Source: an uncultured Planctomycetaceae bacterium
Lineage (GTDB): Bacteria > Planctomycetota > Planctomycetia > Isosphaerales > Isosphaeraceae
Assembly (NCBI GenBank): GCA_963833985.1
Contig: CAWIAD010000002.1
Coordinates: forward strand, 704,001-768,000
DNA length: 64,000 nucleotides
Direction: 5' to 3'
A program made the translations under genes and the position numbers. The notes under the pieces are model-generated. The model did not search any database, was not told the DNA's origin, and was given only the letters and a program-made list of their open reading frames with translations. Every line of letters begins with the position of its first letter. The stretch's first letter is position 1. This document shows positions 33,036 through 42,789 of the stretch, in pieces.

Positions 33036-33091
33036 AGTAGGCAGGAGGCAGGGGGGCAAACTGCAAATCGTGGGTTTGTTTTCAGGGCTAT

Positions 33092-33922
33092 ATGCATCTC
33101 AACGAGCTGACCGACGATGAGTTCAAGAAGTTCTGCGGGCTGATCTACCGCGTGGCCGGCATCCGTATCGCCGACAACAAGAGAGTGCTGGTGGCCAACC
33201 GGGTTCGCCGCCGGCTGCGCGCCACGGGAATCCCAACGTTCGCCGACTACTACGCGTTCCTGGTCTCGCAGGGCGGGAACGGCGAGATGCCGCTCTTCCT
33301 GGATGCCATCACCACCAACGAGACCTACTTCTATCGGGACCAGCACCATTATCAGTGGCTGGCACAGACGTTCCTGCCGGAGATCCTGAAACAGGCTGCC
33401 GAGCGGAAACGCCCGCGCCATCTGCGCATCTGGTCGGCGGCGTGCAGCACCGGGGAAGAACCCTACTCGATCACGCTGAAGCTAATGGCGCACAAACCGC
33501 AATTCTCCGGCTGGAAGATTCACGTGGTGGGGACCGACCTCAGCGGCGCGGTGCTGGCCTCGGCCCGCGCCGGCAGCTATGACGAACGGGCCGTCCACCT
33601 CATCGGTCCTGAGGAACGCAAGCGATACTTTGACGAGGATCCTCAGACGAGCCGCTGGTCCGTCAAGAGCGAGGTCCGCTCCATGGTCACCTGGAAGCTG
33701 CATAATTTGATGACACCCATGAGGGAGGAGCCGTTCGACTGCATCTTCCTCAAGAACGTGCTCATCTACTTTGATACGGCGTCCAAGCAGGCGGTCGTCA
33801 AGAACGTGCTGGCTGCGCTGGCCAGGGGCGGATACCTGGTCGTCGGGCCCACCGAGGGAATCTTCGCCATGCTCGACCCGCTCACCAAGGTGAAGACATG
33901 GCTTTACCAGAGGCAAAGCTGA
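33092..33922 (+). CDS. cheR: Chemotaxis methyltransferase CheR
   Basis: TTNETYFYRD, IWSAACSTGEEPYS, FDCIFLKNVLIYF. Confidence 0.95.
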   Translation: MHLNELTDDEFKKFCGLIYRVAGIRIADNKRVLVANRVRRRLRATGIPTFADYYAFLVSQGGNGEMPLFLDAITTNETYFYRDQHHYQWLAQTFLPEILKQAAERKRPRHLRIWSAACSTGEEPYSITLKLMAHKPQFSGWKIHVVGTDLSGAVLASARAGSYDERAVHLIGPEERKRYFDEDPQTSRWSVKSEVRSMVTWKLHNLMTPMREEPFDCIFLKNVLIYFDTASKQAVVKNVLAALARGGYLVVGPTEGIFAMLDPLTKVKTWLYQRQS

Positions 33923-33957
33923 TCGGGTCAAGACGCTGACGCTGCGAGGAACGGTTC

Positions 33958-36392
33958 ATGTCCGGGTTCGACCTTTCAGAGCTTCTGCCGTTCTATCTCG
34001 ATGAGACCGACGAGCACATCGCCGCGCTCAACGACGCCCTGCTGCGCCTGGAGCAGGACGCGACCGACGCCAGGGCGCTGGCGGAAGCCTTCCGGATGTT
34101 CCACAGCATCAAGGGTGCGTCAGTGGTCATGGGCTTCGAGACCGTCAATCGCCTGACGCATCATCTCGAGAGCCTGTTCGACCAGTTCCGGTGCAAGAAG
34201 CGCACCCTTGACCGGCCAGTGCTCGATCTCACGTTCCGCTGCCTCGACGAGCTGCGTGACTATCACCGCGATCTCCGCGCCGGCGAGCAGGGGACCGCCG
34301 ACCTGGCGGCGCTGACGCCCCTGGTCATCGCCACGCTCGATTCCGCGGCGCCCCCACCGCAGCTTCCCCCGAAGGCTGCCGCCCCGGCTCAGAAAGATAC
34401 CGAGGCCGAAATCGCTCCCGAACCGAAATCCATGGCGCCCGAGCCGGAGCTCATGGTGCCCGAGTCGCCGGCCTCGGCATCAGAGACGATGCCGGAGGGG
34501 CCCGAAGGCGTTGGCGTGACCGTCGTGTTCGAGCCGAACCTGCCGCTGCCGGACATGAAGGCCAGGCTGGTGCTGAACCGGCTGGCGCGCGCGGCCGTGT
34601 GCTGCGGACGCAGCCCCCCGCCGAGCAGCTCGACGAAGTCGAGTCGCTCCGCGAGTTCACCGTCTGGCTGGTGGCGGAGTGCGACCCGGAGGAGCTTCGC
34701 TCGCTGGCCGACGTCGACGGCGTGGCAACCATCCGCATCAACCCGGTGGCGTCAGTCCATGCCAGTCCCGCACGCGCGCAGCCAGGCCCGGTGCTGGAGC
34801 CGGCCGGCAGCTCACCGATTGCAGCGGGCCCGTCGACCGACGCGCCGGACCCTTTGGCCAGCGCCATGAGTGAGCCCGCTCGAGCCGCCGAACCGCCGGG
34901 TCCGGTGCTACCCGCCACCGCGCCCGCAACGGCCGGCGCCGCGCCGCGGAAGGCGAAAGTGGCCGAGACGATCCGGGTTGAGAGCGACCGGCTCGATCAG
35001 CTCATGAACCTCGCCGGCGAGCTGGTGATCAACAAGGCGCGGTTCGTGAACATCGCCAGGGGCCTTGAGGAGCTGTTCCGCGGATCCAACGCCCAGGCCC
35101 TGGCCGTCGATACCGAGGAACGGCTGGAGAGCATCACCCGCGGGCTCGACGGCATGGTGGCGGCGAAGGCCGGCGTGGCGGAGGGCTCGGTGGACCGCTG
35201 GGCGGGCCAGGTCCGCCGCCTCCGCGACAACTTCCGCGAGATCCAGCACGAGCTCAGCCGGCTGCGTGACGGGCGCGAGCAGATCAAGACGTTGGCCGAG
35301 GCCATCCATAGCCTGGGCCGCGTGACCGACGGACTGCAAAAGGGCGTGCTCGATACCCGGATGGTGCCCATCGGACCACTCTTCGAGCGCTTCCGGCGCG
35401 TGATTCGCGACCTCAGCATTTCTTCCGGCAAGGAGGTCTCGCTCCAGATCAGCGGCGAGAAGACCGAGCTGGACAAGCGGATGATCGACGAGCTCAGCGA
35501 CCCGCTGATCCACATGGTCCGCAACTCGGTGGATCACGGACTGGAGCCGCCCGAGATCCGGCAGGCCGGCGGCAAGCCCCGCGCAGGCACCGTTGTGCTC
35601 CAGGCATCGCACCGGGGCAACAGCGTGGTCATCACGGTCAGCGATGATGGACGCGGGATCGACTGCGAGCGGATCCGCAAGAAGATCGTGGCCAAGGACC
35701 TGGTCACCCTATCCGTTGCCCAGCAGCTCAACGAGCGCGAGCTGGTGCCTTACATCTGGCACCCGGGCCTCAGCACTGCCGAGACGATCACCGAGGTCTC
35801 GGGCCGCGGCGTGGGTATGGACATCGTCAAGAACCGGATCGAGAACCTGAGCGGCAGCGTGGACGTGCGTACCGTCGCCGGACAGGGAACCACCTTCACC
35901 ATCCGGCTTCCGCTCACCCTGGCCATCATGTCGAGCCTGCTGGTGCGGATCTTCGAGGAGATCTACGCGATCCCGCTCGACCACATTGACGAGATCGTCG
36001 AGGTCCGGCCACGCCAGATCTATCGCGTTCAAGGCCGGCCCACAATCGAGATCCGCAAGAAGATCGTGGCCCTCGTGTCACTGGCCGACCTCTTCCGCTG
36101 GGGCGGAAAAGCCCACCCGGCCCGCACGAAGAATCATGCGGGGACGGAGAACGGCGAGGAACCGGACACGTTCCGCGTCGTCATTGTGCAGAACGGTGAG
36201 ACCACGATCGGCCTCATCGTGGATCAACTTATCGGCATGCAAGAAGTCGTTCTCAAGTCGCTGGAGAAGAATTTTCGCCCCATCCCCGGCCTCTCCGGCG
36301 CCAGCATCCTGGGCGACGGGCGGGTGTCGCTGATCCTCGACGTCGATTCGATCATCGCCACGGCCACTGGTCGGATGGAACCACGAACGTAA
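33958..36392 (+). CDS. cheA: Chemotaxis histidine kinase CheA (frameshift near 34590)
   Basis: HPt FRMFHSIKG, TIRVESDRLDQLMNLAGELVI, HMVRNSVDHG, SGRGVGMDIV, LPLTLAI, CheW-like tail. Confidence 0.95.
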
Positions 36393-36492
36393 GGGAAGGC
36401 GACCACGAAAAAAAAGGAAAGGTCAGGAATCACACAGGCACGCTACCACGAAAGGGAGTCAAACAGGCAGGGAAGGAACAAGACGGGGAAGC

Positions 36493-37066
36493 AACCACGA
36501 AATACACGAAATACACGCAAATTAAAGAAGAGCATGAGAAACGGAAAATGCGAAGCAATGAGAGCAAATATTTTTAAAAGGTAAAACGAAACAGAAACTT
36601 CGTTGGACATCCGGGGGGCGCGGAGGTGATACGGCTGGCGGAGGAGAGTTATCGGATCATGGGAGCGTGTTTCGAGGTCTACAAGCTCAAGGGGTGTGGG
36701 TTTCTGGAAGCCGTTTACCAGGAATGCCTGGAAATCGAGATGGAGTTGCGCGAGGTTCCGTTGCAGGCACGCGCCGAGCTGGTGCTCACCTACAAGGACC
36801 GAACGCTCAAACATCGCTATCAGCCCGACTTCGTCTGCTTCGAACAGATCATCGTCGAGATCAAGGCCGTCTCTCAACTGAGCCACGACCACCGAGCCCA
36901 ACTCCATAACTACCTGCGTAGCTCGGGCCTTCGCCTGGGCCTGCTCGTGAACTTCGGCCATCATCCCTTACTGGAATATGAACGCATTGTCCTGTAATCT
37001 CTCTCGCGGATCGAAATCTCTTTCTTCCCAACTTTCTCTTTCGTGTATTTCGTGTATTTCGTGGTT
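36493..37066. repeat. Perfect 25 bp inverted repeat flanking the GxxExxY gene
   Basis: AACCACGAAATACACGAAATACACG (36493-36517) and its exact reverse complement (37042-37066). Confidence 0.9.
36626..36997 (+). CDS. GxxExxY family protein
   Basis: GFLEAVY motif, PDFVC..IIVEIKA, AQLHNYL..GLLVNFG. Confidence 0.92.
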   Translation: MIRLAEESYRIMGACFEVYKLKGCGFLEAVYQECLEIEMELREVPLQARAELVLTYKDRTLKHRYQPDFVCFEQIIVEIKAVSQLSHDHRAQLHNYLRSSGLRLGLLVNFGHHPLLEYERIVL

Positions 37067-37162
37067 CCCTGATCTTCTCTTCCCATAGTTCCTGATCTCC
37101 TATTCCTTTTTCGTGGCCCCTTCGTCTTCTTTCGTGGTCCCTTTTCGTGGTGGCCAACGCGG

Positions 37163-37819
37163 ATGGCAGCTTTGAGTCCGGCCCAGTGCCGTTTGCTCTG
37201 GATGATCTTCGAGCGTGGGGCAGAGAGTGCCTCTCTGGCTCTTTCAAAGTGGCTCGGTCAGGACGTGCGGCTTGCCATCAGCGAGGTGGAGCAGGTGGAT
37301 CTCTCGGCGGCAGCCGAGATCCTCGGCCCGCCGGAGGTGCTCGTCGCGGCCTGCGTCATGGGTCTTTCCGGGCCGCTGAGCGGACAGATCCTGCTCGTCT
37401 TCGAGGACCGCTCCGGCCTGGCAATTGTCGATATGCTGATGCAGCAACCGCTGGGCACTGCGCAGTCGTGGGGTGAGCTCGAGCGGTCCGCCGCGCAGGA
37501 GACAACTAACATTGTGGGCTGCGCGTACCTCAATGCCCTTGCGGCACACCTGCCCTCGCGGATCTCCAGCGGGCGAACCGGCAGTGACGAGCTCGTTCCC
37601 ACGCCTCCGATCTTCTTGCAGGAGTTCGCTGGCAGCTTGCTGGAGTTCACGCTCATGGAGCAGGCACTCGAGCTAGACGAAGTATTGCTGGTGCATACCT
37701 CGTTCACCTCGGCCGCCCAGGAGAAGCAGTTGACCTTGAACTGGTCGCTCCTGCTGGTTCCCGATCGTGCGTCGCTGCACGCGCTGGCTGGCGCTCTGGG
37801 CGAGCTGGAAACTCATTGA
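37163..37819 (+). CDS. cheC: Chemotaxis phosphatase CheC
   Basis: GAESASLALS, SAAQETTNIVGCAYLNAL (ExxN), PTPP; che operon context. Confidence 0.85.
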   Translation: MAALSPAQCRLLWMIFERGAESASLALSKWLGQDVRLAISEVEQVDLSAAAEILGPPEVLVAACVMGLSGPLSGQILLVFEDRSGLAIVDMLMQQPLGTAQSWGELERSAAQETTNIVGCAYLNALAAHLPSRISSGRTGSDELVPTPPIFLQEFAGSLLEFTLMEQALELDEVLLVHTSFTSAAQEKQLTLNWSLLLVPDRASLHALAGALGELETH

Positions 37820-37835
37820 TCGCGAGGTGGGTAGC

Positions 37836-38368
37836 GTGGCTTCCACACGGGATTCGTCTGGCTCATCAACCCCCTTGCCGGTGGTCTCGGTGGCAATCGG
37901 TCAGTGGGCGGTCGCCGTCGCGCCGGTGAAGATTCGCACGCTTCTGGGTTCCTGCGTGGGAGTGATCCTGTTCGATCGGGTCGCCCGCCTGGGTGCCATC
38001 GCGCACATCGTGCTGCCTGACTCGCGGGGCGCGCTGGAGCATCCGGGCAAGTTCGCAGACACCGCCATTCCGGCCATGATTGCCGAGATCGAGCGGAAGC
38101 TCGCGGTCAAGCCGGCCGGCCGGCTGGTAGCGAAGCTGGCCGGCGGAGCCAGGATGTTCGCCACGGGGGACGGCTCCAGCACGGGCGGCAATTCCGTGCT
38201 CAATGTTGGCCAGATGAACCAGGAGGCCGCGGAGCGAGTCCTGGCGCATTCCGGATTCCGATCCTGGCACGCGATCTGGGCGGCTCCAGCGGTCGGCACT
38301 TGACCCTCGACACCGCTTCGGGCATCGTCGCAATCAGGATCCCGGGAGGAGCCGACTATGAAATCTGA
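37836..38368 (+). CDS. cheD: Chemoreceptor glutamine deamidase CheD (frameshift near 38245)
   Basis: TLLGSCVGV, AHIVLPDS, PGKFADTAI, AKLAGGARMF, DLGGSSGR. Confidence 0.9.
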
Positions 38369-38434
38369 ACGCATTCGCGGGCGCCGCTGCTGCGGCAATT
38401 CGCGAGGGCCGGTCCCGGGAAGCAGGCCACACTC

Positions 38435-38812
38435 ATGAAGCGACTTCTTGTAGTGGACGACGCGCTGTTCATGCGCAAGCTCATCTGCGGCGTGGCGGCC
38501 GAGGCTGGCTGGTCCGTCGCCGGCGAGGCGTCCAATGGCGAGCAGGCCGTCGCGCTCTACGATCAGCTCCGGCCGGACCTTGTCACCATGGATCTGGTCA
38601 TGCCCGTGATGGGCGGGCTCGAGGCGCTCCGGCAGATCCGCACGCTGGATCCGGCGGCCCAGGTGGTCGTGGTCACGGCCCTCGATCAGAAACAGGCACT
38701 GATGGACTCGATCCGCGAAGGTGCCTTCGATTTCATCGTCAAGCCGTTCGAGCGCGAGCGGGTGCTGAACCTGCTGCACAAGCTCGGGACGACCGGGGAA
38801 GCAGGAACATGA
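38435..38812 (+). CDS. cheY: Chemotaxis response regulator CheY
   Basis: VVDDALFMR, PDLVTMDLVMPVMGG, FIVKPF. Confidence 0.9.
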   Translation: MKRLLVVDDALFMRKLICGVAAEAGWSVAGEASNGEQAVALYDQLRPDLVTMDLVMPVMGGLEALRQIRTLDPAAQVVVVTALDQKQALMDSIREGAFDFIVKPFERERVLNLLHKLGTTGEAGT

Positions 38813-38820
38813 GCCGACTA

Positions 38821-38850
38821 CGGTGGGTTGCGCTCGCTGACCCACCCTAC
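38821..38850 (-). repeat. Single GTAG-type REP
   Basis: Reverse complement GTAGGGTGGGTCAGCGAGCGCAACCCACCG, related to the 32701 unit. Confidence 0.7.
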
Positions 38851-38872
38851 GGTTGATCGCCACGAGGGTGCA

Positions 38873-40095
38873 TTGCCGATAACGGAACGAACTGCCGAGG
38901 AGAAACAGAGCCCAGGGCGCATCCGCGTACTCGTGGTTGACGATTCAGCCCTGATGCGCCGTCTGCTGTGCGATCTGCTGGTGCAGCGCGGGAGATCGAG
39001 GTCGTGGGCACGGCGCGCGACGGCCGCGAGGCGGTGCTCCAGGCGGTGCGGCTCAAGCCTGACGTGATCACGCTCGACGTCGAGATGCCCGAGGTCTCAG
39101 GGCTCGAGGCTCTGCCGCTCCTGCTCGCCGCGCACGAGGCGCCCGTCATCATGGTCAGCGCGCTCACGCAGGAGGGCGCTGATGTCACGCTCCAGGCGCT
39201 GGAGCTGGGCGCGGTCGATTTCATGCCCAAGCCGGAACGCAACCAGCTTGCCGAGATGCGCGCCAGCTCCGAGCTACTGGTCGCCAAGATCCTCACCGCG
39301 GCCCAGAGCCGGGTACGGCGCGCACGGCGCACGTCTTCCGCACCGCAAGGCCCCACGCCGACGCGATCCGCCAGGGCCGCGCCCATGCGCACCCCGGCGC
39401 CACGCGGCAAACACGCGGACTCGCCCGTTGCGGGCGTGGGCACGCCTGCACCCGCGCCTCCGGCCTCCTCTCCAACGGTGCCGGCCGCCCTGTCGCGGAC
39501 CTGCCTGGTGATCGGCATCTCCACGGGAGGCCCCCAGGCGCTGAGCATGATCTTGCCGCTCCTGACCGCACCGCTGCCTCCCATCCTGGTCGTGCAGCAT
39601 ATGATCGCTCAGTTCACCGGCGTGTTCGCTGCCCGGCTCGGCCGCTCCTGTTCGCTCTCGATCAAGGAAGCGGCCGAGGCCGACCCGATCGTCCCCAACC
39701 AGGTGCTGATCGCTCCCGGCGGCCGACACATGATGGTGGCCGGCACGATCTCCCGCCCGCGAGTGAGCCTCTCCGACGACGCTCCGGTCAGCGGCCACAG
39801 GCCGTCAGTGGACGTACTCTTCCAGTCCGCCGCGCGCGTGTACCAGTCGGCGACCATCGGCATCATCATGACCGGCATGGGCCGCGACGGCGTCGACGGG
39901 TGCAAGACCATCCTCACCTCCGGCGGCTTCACGCTCGGCCAGGACGAAGCTACCTCCGTGGTCTATGGCATGAACAAGGCTGCCCTCGTCGAGGGTGCCC
40001 TCCGCGCCGAGTTCGCACTCGACGAGCTACCCGGCATCCTCAAGAACCTGGCCGCGTTCCGCGAGGACGTGGAGAGCCGGAAACGCGAGCCATGA
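38873..40095 (+). CDS. cheB: Chemotaxis methylesterase CheB (frameshift near 38985)
   Basis: RVLVVDDSALMR, TLDVEMP, GISTGGP, VQHM, HRPSVD, TGMGRDG. Confidence 0.93.
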
Positions 40096-40211
40096 CCATT
40101 CCGGAGATGAGGCCATCCCCTCCCGCCCGCGAATGTCAGGCATGAACTCCCGGGACGGTCGATATCAGTCACGTCCCACTTTCTCTCTGGCGATGTTGAG
40201 GAACGTGCTAT

Positions 40212-42212
40212 CCCATGTTTGGGGTGAGATCGCCTTCCGCGCGACTGCTGCCACGCATAATTCCTCTATTTTCCAGGGGTTGGCGAGCGGCATACCCGTT
40301 TTTTTCCGAAAAGTGTAGTGACAATATCGACGCGATTACTTCGGAATTTACCTTGATTTCGCCTTGAAATCGGCGCGTTCCGTCGTGATACTTCACGACA
40401 TGTACCTGAGAACCATAAAAGTCCGGTCGTCCAGCGGTGCGCTGAACGAGTACGTCCGCGTCGTCGAAGCCTATCGCGACAACGGTAAGGTCAAGCAACG
40501 CACCGTGGCCGATCTGGGACGCAAGGACCTGCTTGCGGAATTGTTTCCCAAGCTAAAACGCTTGCTCGGTCAAGATGTCGAGTCGGAGTCCGCTGGGGAC
40601 GAGGATCTCGACATCCTGGACGCTTCCACCTGGGGGCCGGTCCTCGCCGTCCGGGCCTTGTTCGACCAACTCGGGCTCTGGACCATCCTCGACGAATCAC
40701 TCGGCAAAGCCAAAGGCGTGCCGTTTACTGACCGGGCCTTCGTGCTCATTGCCAATCGCCTGATTCACCCCGCCAGCGAACACGGCTTGGCGGGGTGGCT
40801 GGAGACCGACTTCGTCTGTGATCGCCAAGGCCGCCGTTTTGTTCCTCGCTGGCACCAGCACAAGCGGGTTCGCGTCGACTTTCGCCAACTGGAGTCCTGG
40901 TACCGGACCCTCGATCAACTCGTGGACGCCAAGGAACGGATCGAGGTGGCTCTTTATCACCGCCTTCGCGACCTGTTCAGTATCAAGCCGGACCTGGTGC
41001 TCTATGACATCACGAGCACCTACTTCGAGGGAGCTGGACCGGCCAACTTCGCCAAGCATGGCTACAGTCGGGACGGCAAGCCGCACAACGTCCAGGTGAT
41101 CGTCGGAGTGGTGATGGTGGGCGGCTGGCCGATCGCTCATCACGTTTGGGCCGGCAACGAAGTCGACCACCAGACCGTGCAGAAAGCCATTCGTGATCTG
41201 CACCAGCGATTTGGTTTCAGCCGCCTCGTTTTTGTCGGCGATCGAGGCATGATCACCAATGACAATCTGGAAGCGATCACTGGCGACAAGCATGGCTATC
41301 TTGTGGGCGTGAAGCGAAGGCGGAACGCAAAGTTGACCAAGTGGCTGGCTGCCCTCGACGATGCCAAGTGGATTTCTTGCCCGGTAGGGATCACCGCCCG
41401 GGAAAAGACCAATCCACCGCGCACTCGGGCGCAAGAGGTGCCGTCAGGAGTTGAAGGTTTGCGGATAATCATCGTCGATTCCGACGAGCGCCGCGAATAC
41501 GAGCAAGCCATGCGTCAGAAGGCCATGGAGCGGACACATCAATCGCTCGAAGAAGTTGCAGGGGCGTGTGGCGGCAGGGAAGTTGAAACAGCCCGAGAAG
41601 ATTGGCGCCGCAGCCGAGCGCCTCCTGCAACGAAACCATGGCTATCGTTACTATTCGTGGGACCTCGACAAGGGGATTTTCCGCTACTTTGAGAACACGA
41701 AGGGTCTGACCAATGAGCAGGGAATCGAAGGCAAGTATGTGATCGCCACGAGTGAAGCAGCGCTCAGCGTGCTTGAGGTCGTGGCGATCTACAAGGACCT
41801 GAGCGATGTCGAGCGCGGGTTTCGCCAGCTCAAGGACGTGCTGGCCATGCGGCCGATTTATCATCAGATTGAGGAACGAGTAAAAGCACATATTTTCGTA
41901 GCTGCACTGGCATTACTGGTCCAGCGGCTATTGCACCGCCGACTTGAGCACGCTGGGATAGATTTCTCTCCAGAGAGGGCGATGCAAGCTCTCTCCACGC
42001 TCCGGGTGGTGACCCTCCGTCTCGACGATCAGCCCGAACGGCAAGGAGTCAGTGGAGGCTGCCCCGATGCGCGGCGGGTCCTGAAGGCGCTGGGCTTAAC
42101 CGAGCTCAGGCCGCCAGCACCACCGGAAGACGAAAAAACCGTGATGTAGTGACAATCTGAAAAATCGCCCCTTGCGCCGCAAGGACTTAGGGCGACCCAC
42201 CCCAAACATGGG
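40212..42212 (+). mobile_element. IS1634-family insertion sequence
   Basis: 15 bp perfect TIR CCCATGTTTGGGGTG / CACCCCAAACATGGG; (G)CTAT on both flanks; internal TGTAGTGACAAT near both ends. Confidence 0.88.
40400..42149 (+). CDS. IS1634-family transposase (frameshift near 41550)
   Basis: LYDITSTYFEG, HGYSRDGK, VGDRGM, YKDLSDVERGFRQLK, RPIYH, RVKAHIF. Confidence 0.9.
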
Positions 42213-42218
42213 CTATTT

Positions 42219-42548
42219 GTAGGGTGCCTCAAGCGCAGCGACGACGCACCAGTGGGATAGCCGGGGGTCGCGAATCGGTACGTCGTCGCTCCGCTCGACA
42301 CACCGTACGCGCTAGACGGCACACTCAATCCCGTGCCGTCGATGTCAGTCACGTTCCTCTTGCTCTACCGGCGAGGTTGACGAACGGGGTATTTGTAGGG
42401 TGCCTCAAGCGCAGCGACGACGCACCAGTCGCCTTGCCCACGCCGTGACTCGGTGCGTCGTCGCTCCGAGGGATTGCGTGAAGGTGTCGCGGGTTGGGTG
42501 CGAGCCGGCGCACCTCAGCTAGACGGTGGGTTGCGCTGAACCCTCTAC
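42219..42548. repeat. Cluster of GTAG-type REPs
   Basis: GTAGGGTGCCTCAAGCGCAGCGACGACGCACC at 42219 and 42395, each followed by a degenerate inverted copy (GGTRCGTCGTCGCTCCG). Confidence 0.8.
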
Positions 42549-42789
42549 GTGTTTGGCTCCGGTCGTGCGGATGAGAATAAAGGCCGATCTGGCAACGGCG
42601 GGAGAATGCAGGCGGGTGCTGACATGGCCGACGCCTGATGCCGGGGGCAGAAGGATACGGCCCGCTCACAAGACGACGCCGTTGACCCCTCTCTCGGTCG
42701 CAGTTAACCTTTGGTTGGACAACTGTCGTTTATTGCTTGCCACCGCTTCTCCGCGTCTTCCGCATATTGTCATGGAAGGAGCAAGTGCC

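Noticed and set aside
32659..33066. Repeat-protein ORFs across the repeat island
   Set aside because: They are translations of non-coding DNA repeats, open in several frames.
17834..42149. Programmed ribosomal frameshifting in the three transposases
   Set aside because: No slippery A-tract motifs seen at the breaks, these families normally use one ORF, and similar breaks occur throughout ordinary genes here.
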